Shown here: piece by piece, positions 57,007-64,000 of the stretch | Layout: each line of letters opens with the position of its first letter | Position numbering within the stretch: position 1 is the stretch's first letter | Source of the DNA: Clostridia bacterium | GTDB lineage: Bacteria > Bacillota > Clostridia > Monoglobales > Monoglobaceae | Assembly (NCBI GenBank): GCA_017456605.1 | Contig: JAFTJA010000012.1 | Location: 29,833-93,832 of the forward strand | DNA: 64,000 nt | Reading direction: 5' to 3' | Notes under the pieces: model-generated | The model's input: the letters and a program-made list of their open reading frames with translations, nothing else | The model's database searches: none | What the model was told of the DNA's origin: nothing | Program-made: the position numbers and the translations under genes

Positions 57007-59583
57007 CTACATTGCCGAGTACAAAATCTTGGCGGCTTCGGCCTTTGTAAGTGGGTTAAGCGGCTTGAAACTTTGGTCCTCATACCCTTTCATGGCGCCG
57101 ATATTCACCAGTGTGCGAATGCCGTCCTCAGCCCAGGCGGGAATGTCCTCTTTGTCCGTGGCGATGATTTCGCCCTTGAAGAAACCACCAGGCAGGGTTC
57201 TTGCAACGATTGTTGCAGCTTCAGCACGGCTGATTGAGGAAAGTGGGTCAGCACAGATTTCGGTGTCGCTTACATATCTGCCTTTCAAGATGCCAAGCTC
57301 ATAGAGAACTTTGAAACTATCAAGTGCCCAGAAGGGAATTGTGTCAAGGTCTGAATATGGAAGAACCACGTCCTGATATTTGGCCTTGTCAACTCTTAGA
57401 TAGTTTGTTACCATAACGGCAAATTCAGAGCGTGTCATAGCCTTTTGCGGATTGAAACGGAGTTCATCACCCACCATTTCGCCGTTTATAATCTTGTGGG
57501 AATACATATACTTCAAAATATCTCCCGCCCAATGTCCTGAGGTGTCTGAGAATGGTCCGGAGGGGTATGATGCTTTGAACATATCAAAGCTTTTGAATGT
57601 GGTATATCCAAAGCTGTTTGATGCAATAACGGTAACTTTTTCAACATCAACGGATATTTCAACGGTAAATTCCCCTGTTTCAGCATTGTAAGAAAAACCT
57701 ATTTCCTTGCCGTCGGCACGGATTGAAATTCCGTCGGCTGCGGTTGGAATATTATATTCACAGGTGATTTTTCCGGTTAATGTATCTCCTGACTTTTCTA
57801 TGATGTCAATAATAGGATATGATTTCGGGTCGTTTGCATCAGCAGGGGTAAGTGAAACTGGAATGGTAACTGTTTTGTCACCTGCTGAAATATTTATATT
57901 TCCTGTTTCACCATAGCTGCCTGATGCGGTGAACACAAAGTCTTTGTTGATGCTGCCAATATTCTCATCGGCTTCCCAGATGAAATTCTCATCTTTTGCT
58001 ACAAGACGGTTGTATCCGCCATAGGCTTCGGCGGTCAGCGAAACAGTGTCGCCGGGGTCGAGATTCAGTGAGGTTATATACTTCCCGCTGTTTTTGTTTT
58101 TTATTCTTATGTCTGTGGGAGTCGCGAGACAAACCACAGAGGTGGATGCGGTGATGTCATCGCTCTTTGCATAAACTGTCACGGTGCCGCTGTCATTTGC
58201 GGTGAACATCCCATCATCTGTTACTGTGCTTTCCTTGCCGCTTTGGACACTGAATGTAACGTTTTTGGGGACATCAACAGGATAAAAGCCTGAGTCTGTG
58301 GCTTTTAATGTCAGTTTTGTACTTGCCCCTGTGAGTACATAGTTTGTGATGGGGTAAATGTGAAGATTTTTGGCTATGCCGGTTTTTTCTGCTGTGTTGG
58401 TAAAAATTATGTGGGTTGAAAGATTGCGTTCTTTTCCGTCAGAGGGCTTGTTCATAAGACTTGCAGTTTGATTTCCAGGGAGCTGTGTGGAAATTGCTGT
58501 TGAACCGCCGCCGTCGAGGTTTAGCGCCTCGATACAGCCAAGCTCTTGCATACGCTTTGCCAGAGTTTTAAGCTGAACACCATAGCTGTGACCGCTTTGA
58601 CGTCCGTCAATGGTATAGAGGATTATTTCGCCGTCCTTTGTTATTCCAATGGCAGTTCTCGGTGCAGCACCGGTGCCGAGGTTCGGGTTTACCTCGCCAT
58701 CTATGAGAAGACGTCCGCCAATGCTTCCCATACCGCATATTACGTCATTCCAACGTTTATCGCCGCTGACACTGAAATGGATAGTTACAGTTTCCCCTTC
58801 GGTGAGTGTGGATATGGGATTTAAAAATTCTTCGGGGGCTTTTTTGTCAACGGTGAGAACTATTTTTCCCTTCGGTATAGGGATGGAGGAAGAATTTTCG
58901 CTTATTGATTCCACAACCGCGGTAAGCCTTGAACCAAGCTTCATTTCACCATCAATGGGATTTAAAATTACGTCAATTCCTTCGGTGGTGTTCTGGGTCT
59001 GGTCCGAAAACTGTGAGGTCATCATATATGCTGAATAAGGCTGGCGGTATTTATTTATGTTGTAGATATTAAGCTCGCTGCCGTCGGTCTTCTGGAGAAC
59101 TGAATTCAAGTAAAAATAAGAAATAAAGGCTGTTCCGTCAGGAAGAATACCAATGCCGTCCTGCCCGGAGGCATCTTTTGTGAGGATTTTTCCGTCAACT
59201 ATTGCATTGCTCATAGGAACAAGGGTCTGGAGCGAAAAATAATCGGCGTTTGTTCCTGCCAGCACATCCTTGCCCTCTTTTTCAAAAAGTGAAATCTGGT
59301 TTGAGAGGGTGTTCCCGCCATAGAGTGCATCGCCATAAGTTATCGTCGGGAAGACTACTTCATTTGGAGTATATGTTATATAATTTTCACTTTGCTGACC
59401 TACACCTGACTGGTCACTGAAAAACAGGTTATGGGTGAAATGAAGACCTTGACCTATTTGGACAGAGTAGCCGTCAATTTTTGTGCTGCCCAGGATCGAG
59501 GCAAAGCTGCCTATGGGAGATAAAACCACTGACATGGTCAGAAAAATGCTATATAAACTTTTTGAGAAATTTTTTGTTTTCAT
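57007..59583 (-). CDS. Secreted, SLH-anchored protein with a phosphodiester-glycosidase (NAGPA/DUF2233-like) domain and Ig-like repeats
   Basis: Signal peptide from MKTKNFSKSLYSIFLTMSVVL.... The DGRQSGHSYG...LNLDGGGSTA block, Big_2-like repeats, and three C-terminal SLH motifs (FSDTSGHWAGD..., YSDLDTIPFWA..., DIPAWAEDGIR...). Confidence 0.75.
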   Translation of the reverse strand: MKTKNFSKSLYSIFLTMSVVLSPIGSFASILGSTKIDGYSVQIGQGLHFTHNLFFSDQSGVGQQSENYITYTPNEVVFPTITYGDALYGGNTLSNQISLFEKEGKDVLAGTNADYFSLQTLVPMSNAIVDGKILTKDASGQDGIGILPDGTAFISYFYLNSVLQKTDGSELNIYNINKYRQPYSAYMMTSQFSDQTQNTTEGIDVILNPIDGEMKLGSRLTAVVESISENSSSIPIPKGKIVLTVDKKAPEEFLNPISTLTEGETVTIHFSVSGDKRWNDVICGMGSIGGRLLIDGEVNPNLGTGAAPRTAIGITKDGEIILYTIDGRQSGHSYGVQLKTLAKRMQELGCIEALNLDGGGSTAISTQLPGNQTASLMNKPSDGKERNLSTHIIFTNTAEKTGIAKNLHIYPITNYVLTGASTKLTLKATDSGFYPVDVPKNVTFSVQSGKESTVTDDGMFTANDSGTVTVYAKSDDITASTSVVCLATPTDIRIKNKNSGKYITSLNLDPGDTVSLTAEAYGGYNRLVAKDENFIWEADENIGSINKDFVFTASGSYGETGNINISAGDKTVTIPVSLTPADANDPKSYPIIDIIEKSGDTLTGKITCEYNIPTAADGISIRADGKEIGFSYNAETGEFTVEISVDVEKVTVIASNSFGYTTFKSFDMFKASYPSGPFSDTSGHWAGDILKYMYSHKIINGEMVGDELRFNPQKAMTRSEFAVMVTNYLRVDKAKYQDVVLPYSDLDTIPFWALDSFKVLYELGILKGRYVSDTEICADPLSSISRAEAATIVARTLPGGFFKGEIIATDKEDIPAWAEDGIRTLVNIGAMKGYEDQSFKPLNPLTKAEAAKILYSAM

Positions 59584-59673
59584 AAAGTATACACATCCTA
59601 AAAAAATCTTAGCTAACAATAAGTATAGCAAAAATAAAAAGCAAAGTAAATAAAAAAATATTTACAAAAGTGT

Positions 59674-59708
59674 AACAAAAAAAGACGGCGGAAGATAACC
59701 GCCGTCTT
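59674..59708 (-). terminator. Intrinsic terminator after the 59715-60299 gene
   Basis: Minus strand aagacggcgg-N7-ccgccgtctt followed by TTTTTTT. Confidence 0.8.
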
Positions 59709-59714
59709 AAAGAA

Positions 59715-60299
59715 TTATTCAATAACCATTGTGCCGAAATATTCGGGCTTGTGAAAATCGGGTTTCTCGCGGTCAACCATACACCAACAGCCCCAATGAG
59801 GGAATTCGGTTTCGTCACCGCATTTATAAACATTTGCGGGAAGGGTCATTCCTTTTTTGAATTCATAATCAGGTATGTATTTCTTTATAAGTTCAAAGGG
59901 AACGGTGTAATCCGCTGTCCAGTATTCATCAAAAATCTCAGTTTTGATGCCCATCATTTCGGCGTCTTCGATTGAAAGGTCTGTTTTGTCATATCTATCC
60001 TTGCGGAAAGAAACATTTACAACAGCGTTGGGGTTGACTTCAAAGTTGAAATATCTGTCGCTGTGCTCAGGGTCAAAAACTACAAACAATTCAAGACAGC
60101 TGTCAAGGTGGACCATCTGGAAGTGCTTGGTGGCTGTGCTTTTCGGATTTTTCTCATAGGCGGTGAAGTGCGCATGAAAGCCCTCGCTGCTGTAACAAAC
60201 ACTGAACTCGATTTTTGGATAATATCCGTTTGTGTTGATATAGTCTGTCAGGGTGATAACAGGAATGTCCTGACTGCCCTTTTCTTTGATTGTATACAT
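59715..60299 (-). CDS. Cytoplasmic hypothetical protein, possibly carbohydrate-binding family 9-like
   Basis: 194 aa with no signal peptide. Resemblance (from memory only) to CBM9-like proteins of Clostridia (CYSSEGFHAHFTAYEKNP..., FNFEVNPNAV...). Confidence 0.4.
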   Translation of the reverse strand: MYTIKEKGSQDIPVITLTDYINTNGYYPKIEFSVCYSSEGFHAHFTAYEKNPKSTATKHFQMVHLDSCLELFVVFDPEHSDRYFNFEVNPNAVVNVSFRKDRYDKTDLSIEDAEMMGIKTEIFDEYWTADYTVPFELIKKYIPDYEFKKGMTLPANVYKCGDETEFPHWGCWCMVDREKPDFHKPEYFGTMVIE

Positions 60300-60335
60300 A
60301 AGCTACTCCAATCTGTCGCATCTGCGACACAGAAT

Positions 60336-60371
60336 TAAAAAAATAAACTCCCGAAACAAATGTCCGGGAGT
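60336..60371 (-). terminator. Intrinsic terminator after tRNA-Arg
   Basis: Minus strand actcccg-N11-cgggagt followed by TTTATTTTTT. Confidence 0.65.
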
Positions 60372-60372
60372 T

Positions 60373-60449
60373 TGGTGCGCCAGAAGGGACTCGAACCCCT
60401 GACCTACTGGTTCGTAGCCAGTCACTCTATCCAGCTGAGCTACTGGCGC
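60373..60449 (-). tRNA. tRNA-Arg (anticodon ACG), CCA encoded
   Basis: Minus strand GCGCCAGTAGCTCAGCTGGATAGAGTGACTGGCTACGAACCAGTAGGTCAGGGGTTCGAGTCCCTTCTGGCGCACCA. It folds as a cloverleaf: 7-bp acceptor stem, anticodon loop CT-ACG-AA, and a TTCGAGT T-loop. Confidence 0.92.
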
Positions 60450-60488
60450 ATACTGCAGCGAAAGTAATGTTGCCGCCAACGATTATTT

Positions 60489-60517
60489 ATTGTAGCACAC
60501 CTTTTGATAAAATGCAA
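60489..60517 (-). promoter_or_regulatory. Sigma-A-type promoter (extended -10) for tRNA-Arg
   Basis: Minus strand TTGCAT - 17 nt - TACAAT, preceded by TGc. Confidence 0.55.
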
Positions 60518-60564
60518 GCCTTTTTTTAAAAAAATTTCCTCTTTATGTTAAAAAAGTTCACAGG

Positions 60565-60834
60565 TCACTCAATATCTTCCAGTGCTTTATATTCTGCCAA
60601 AAGCTGTTCAAATCTTGTTTGCTCTGATTGTATGCGGTAAATGTAAAAGTCAATAAGCTTGGGCTCGATTACATTGTTGAAGTTTTCAATGGCGTATGCG
60701 AGATTTGCTTTGGTGTGTTCAATGCTTGCTTTGAGAGATTCTCGCTGTTTGTCTTTTTGGGTTGTTGTGTCTTTGAATGGTGCTGTGATTTTGCCAAAGC
60801 CCATAGAAATATTGGCGGAAAGTGCCGAAAACAT
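60565..60834 (-). CDS. YaaL-like DUF2508 protein
   Basis: ATG 60834 after AGAGGA. The C-terminal pattern NFNNVIEPKLIDFYIYRIQSEQTRFEQLLAEYK resembles DUF2508. The first 29 codons of the ORF-track version are probably not translated. Confidence 0.55.
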   Translation of the reverse strand: MFSALSANISMGFGKITAPFKDTTTQKDKQRESLKASIEHTKANLAYAIENFNNVIEPKLIDFYIYRIQSEQTRFEQLLAEYKALEDIE

Positions 60835-60928
60835 AAAATCATCCTCTCTTTTGGATAGTCTTGTTAGTAGTATAGGCAAAAAAATGAAATATATTCCAAA
60901 ATATTGGCAAAGATTTATCAAAGAACAC

Positions 60929-60957
60929 TTGTGTATTTCGCGAAAGTGTGGTATACT
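60929..60957 (+). promoter_or_regulatory. Possible sigma-A promoter of secA (extended -10)
   Basis: TTGTGT - 17 nt - TATACT, preceded by TGg. Confidence 0.45.
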
Positions 60958-61008
60958 GAAATAGATTGTATTCCTATAAAAATATAAGACAACTCCGGAG
61001 GTTTAAGA

Positions 61009-63765
61009 ATGAGCTTTAAAGGACTTGTGGAAAAGTTTATCGGCACGTATAGCGAACGTGAACTGAAAAGAATATACCCCATTGCTGATAAGGTAATGGC
61101 GTTTGAAAATGAGATGCAGAAAAAATCCGACAGTGAGCTGCGTGCAATGACGGATGTGTTCAAAAGCCGTCTTTCAGCGGGCGAAACTTTGGACGACATT
61201 TTGCCCGAGGCTTTTGCTGTTTGCCGCGAGGCATCATGGCGCGTTCTTGGGATGAAGCATTTCAGGGTGCAGATTATCGGTGGAATTGTGCTTCATCAGG
61301 GTAGAATTTCCGAAATGAAAACCGGTGAGGGAAAAACTTTGGTTGCTACTCTTCCGGCATACCTAAATGCCCTCACAGGAAAAGGCGTGCATATTGTTAC
61401 TGTTAATGACTATTTGGCAAAGCGTGACAGCGAGTGGATGGGAAAGCTTTATAACTTTCTCGGGCTCAGCGTTGGGCTTATTATTCACGAAAAAGACAAC
61501 CAGCAGCGAAAAGAGGCATACGCGGCTGACATCACTTACGGCACAAACAACGAGATGGGCTTTGACTATCTTCGTGATAATATGGTCATTTACAAGGAAC
61601 ACAGGGTTCAACGTGGGCATAATTTTGCTATAGTCGACGAAGTGGACAGCATTTTGGTTGACGAGGCAAGAACACCGCTTATTATATCGGGTGTGGGCGA
61701 CAAATCAACGGCCCTTTATGACAGCGCAAATCTTTTTGCGAAAGGTCTTAAATATCGCACTGTTGTTGAAACCGACAATAAGGAAGAGGCAGAAGAGGTT
61801 TACAGCGACGTTGATTATATCGTGGATGAAAAGGCAAAAACCGCAATCCTTACTCCCGAGGGCGTTAAAAAAGCGGAGGCGGCTTTTGGAATAGAAAATC
61901 TTACCGACCCCGAAAATGCTACCATTTCGCACCACATAAATCAAGCGATAAAGGCAAACGGCGTTATGAAGCGTGACCGTGAATATGTGGTGAAAGACGG
62001 TCAGGTGATAATAGTTGACGAGTTTACAGGACGTTTAATGTTTGGAAGACGTTATAGCGACGGTCTTCATCAGGCGATTGAGGCAAAAGAGGGTGTTAAG
62101 GTTGAGAATGAGAGTAAAACTCTTGCAACCATCACATTCCAAAACTTTTTCAGGCTCTATGACAAGCTTTCGGGTATGACGGGTACTGCGCTCACCGAGG
62201 AAATGGAATTCCGTGATATATACGGTCTTGATGTTGTGGAAATTCCCACAAACCGTCCTATGCAGAGGGTGGACCTTCCCGATATTATGTATAAGACCGA
62301 AAATGCAAAATACAATGCGGTGATTGAAGAAGTTGTTGCGGCACACAGCAAGGGCCAGCCGGTGCTTATCGGTACTGTTTCTATTGATAAATCCGAAAAG
62401 CTCAGTGCGATGCTGAAAAGAAAAGGTATCAAGCACAATGTGCTCAATGCCAAACTTCACGAAAAAGAAGCGGAGATAATTGCTCAGGCAGGCAAGCGCG
62501 GTGCTGTTACCATCGCAACAAATATGGCAGGCCGTGGTACGGATATTATCCTTGGCGGAAATGCGGAGTTCCTTGCCAAGCGTGAAATGACAAATATGGG
62601 ATTTCCTCCTGAAATGATTGTGCAAGCCACCGGCTTTGCTGAAACCGACAATGAAGAAATTATCGAGGCAAGACGCACCTTCTCTGAACTTAACAGCAAA
62701 TATAAAGCTGAAATCGAGCCTGAACAAAAAGAGGTTTTGGAGGCGGGCGGTCTTTATATAATCGGAACCGAGCGTCACGAAAGCCGCAGAATTGACAATC
62801 AGCTCCGTGGCCGTGCGGGACGTCAGGGCGATGCGGGAAAATCGAGATTTTTCCTGTCTCTTGAGGATGACCTGTTGAGGCTCTTTGCGGCAGAACGAAT
62901 AAACCGGATTTTGGAAATAGCCGGTTTTGATGAAAGTCAGGCAATCGACAGCCGTATGTTCTCAAATGCCATTGAGGTGGCACAGGGCAGAGTTGAGGGC
63001 AGAAACTTTGATATAAGAAAACACGTTTTAAATTATGACGATGTGAACAATCAGCAGCGTGAAATGATTTATACCCAGAGGAACGAAGTTCTTGACGGCG
63101 AGGATATAAAAGAATCTATTGTAAAGATGATGAAGAGTGTCCTTGAAGAAATTGCAACCACAGGTGCGGCAGAATGTCCTCATGCAGAGGACTGGAACTG
63201 GGATGGCATCAGAGCCCGGCTTACCGAGGTGTTTGGCAGATTTGATGTCGGAGAGCTTAGTTTTGACCCGTACGACATTGACCGTATGACAACCGAATCA
63301 TTTGCCCAAATAATGATGGAAAAGGTGCTGGGGAAATATGCCGAAAAGGAAGAAATGTTTGGCGACAGAATCCGTGAGATTGAACGGATAATTCTCCTTC
63401 GTACAGTCGATGCAAAATGGATGGACCACATCGATGCTATGGAACAGCTTCGTCAGGGCATAAACCTCAGAGCTTATGCACAGCGTGACCCAATTATTGA
63501 ATACAAGTTTGAAGCTATGGATATGTTTGAAGAAATGATCGCTGTCATAAAAGAAGAGACAGTGAAACAGCTTTTTCATATAGTCCTTGAATCAAAAATA
63601 GAAAGAACTCAGGTTGCAAAACCAATGTCTGCAAATCACGGCGGTGACGGCACAACCCAGAAAAAGCCCGTTGTGAAAAGTGAAAAGGTAGGAAGAAACG
63701 ACCCATGTCCTTGCGGCAGCGGCAAAAAGTATAAGCATTGCTGTCTTGGCAAGGAGAATAATTAG
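61009..63765 (+). CDS. secA: Preprotein translocase ATPase SecA
   Basis: Walker [41 protein letters not shown], and a C-terminal zinc finger [13 protein letters not shown]. Confidence 0.96.
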   Translation: MSFKGLVEKFIGTYSERELKRIYPIADKVMAFENEMQKKSDSELRAMTDVFKSRLSAGETLDDILPEAFAVCREASWRVLGMKHFRVQIIGGIVLHQGRISEMKTGEGKTLVATLPAYLNALTGKGVHIVTVNDYLAKRDSEWMGKLYNFLGLSVGLIIHEKDNQQRKEAYAADITYGTNNEMGFDYLRDNMVIYKEHRVQRGHNFAIVDEVDSILVDEARTPLIISGVGDKSTALYDSANLFAKGLKYRTVVETDNKEEAEEVYSDVDYIVDEKAKTAILTPEGVKKAEAAFGIENLTDPENATISHHINQAIKANGVMKRDREYVVKDGQVIIVDEFTGRLMFGRRYSDGLHQAIEAKEGVKVENESKTLATITFQNFFRLYDKLSGMTGTALTEEMEFRDIYGLDVVEIPTNRPMQRVDLPDIMYKTENAKYNAVIEEVVAAHSKGQPVLIGTVSIDKSEKLSAMLKRKGIKHNVLNAKLHEKEAEIIAQAGKRGAVTIATNMAGRGTDIILGGNAEFLAKREMTNMGFPPEMIVQATGFAETDNEEIIEARRTFSELNSKYKAEIEPEQKEVLEAGGLYIIGTERHESRRIDNQLRGRAGRQGDAGKSRFFLSLEDDLLRLFAAERINRILEIAGFDESQAIDSRMFSNAIEVAQGRVEGRNFDIRKHVLNYDDVNNQQREMIYTQRNEVLDGEDIKESIVKMMKSVLEEIATTGAAECPHAEDWNWDGIRARLTEVFGRFDVGELSFDPYDIDRMTTESFAQIMMEKVLGKYAEKEEMFGDRIREIERIILLRTVDAKWMDHIDAMEQLRQGINLRAYAQRDPIIEYKFEAMDMFEEMIAVIKEETVKQLFHIVLESKIERTQVAKPMSANHGGDGTTQKKPVVKSEKVGRNDPCPCGSGKKYKHCCLGKENN

Positions 63766-63798
63766 ACAATAAAAAATTTCTTTAAAGGATGTGAAAAT

Positions 63799-64000
63799 GT
63801 GATAGAGTTTGATGAATACAAGCTTCAGCTTGACGGAATGAAAAATGATATTACAGATTTGAGGGATTCACTTTAACATAGAAAAAACTATGGAGGAAAT
63901 AAGTGAACTTGATGCAAAAACAATGGAGCCTGATTTTTACAGTGACATGGAAAATGCAGGCAAGGTTATGCAAAGAATAAAGGGCCTCAAAAACAAAATT
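63799..64000 (+). CDS. prfB: Peptide chain release factor 2, 5' part with a programmed +1 frameshift (continues right of the window)
   Basis: GTG 63799 gives MIEFDEYKLQLDGMKNDITDLRDSL, then an in-frame TAA at 63874. The +1 frame continues NIEKTMEEISELDAKTMEPDFYSDMENAG..., colinear with the RF2 N-terminus. The slippery site is CTT TAA C, with GAGGGA 4 nt upstream. Not in the ORF track because both pieces are short. Confidence 0.85.

Noticed and set aside
56900-57304. 134-aa plus-strand ORF across the mgtE leader and the SLH gene 3' end
   Set aside because: The region is explained by the minus-strand M-box riboswitch, its promoter, and the C-terminal SLH coding sequence.
62035-62778. 247-aa ORF on the minus strand, antisense to secA
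   Set aside because: It is fully embedded in highly conserved secA coding sequence and has no motifs, so it is a shadow ORF. The same reasoning applies to the many 60-160-aa antisense ORFs in the track (for example 574-981, 2190-2669, 23113-23583, 28032-28499, 35353-35895, 55969-56394).

Overview
This window looks like chromosomal DNA from a spore-forming Firmicute (Clostridia-like). It carries spoIIAA-spoIIAB-sigF, SpoVD/SpoVE-type division genes and SLH-anchored surface proteins, and is moderately AT-rich. Most of it is core housekeeping. From the left: a terminator-free array lon-engB-hisS-aspS-DUF4340-tyrS-valS, then the sigma-F operon, ligA, cysK, a stand-alone GMP-synthase ATP-pyrophosphatase subunit, and trkAH. 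Further right: a long dcw cluster (mraZ to ftsZ), secG, a truncated RNase R-like gene, mgtE behind an M-box riboswitch, tRNA-Arg(ACG), secA, and the start of prfB with its +1 frameshift site. The main accessory system is a ~13.5 kb glycyl-radical-enzyme bacterial microcompartment (GRM) locus at 22.7-36.2 kb. It encodes the GRE and its activase, six shell genes (PduU-like, two PduA-like, a pentamer protein, PduT-like, and an unusual tandem-BMC protein), PduV, PduS, PduP and PduL, plus a class II aldolase, a Zn-ADH, a DUF336 protein and a DeoR regulator. This resembles the fucose/rhamnose (1,2-propanediol) GRM type. Unusual details are an encapsulation-peptide-like helix inside an internal insertion of the GRE, a C-terminal Cys4 motif plus encapsulation peptide on the aldolase, an encapsulation-peptide-tagged DUF336 protein, and a short PflA-like activase. 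Smaller oddities are a divergent XRE / 11-cysteine small-protein module, a low-GC single-gene cassette flanked by a 12-nt direct repeat, MraZ-box repeats, and a prfB frameshift site that uses TAA. No CRISPR array, rRNA, transposase or integrase was seen. Every homology call rests on motifs read by eye, with no database search.
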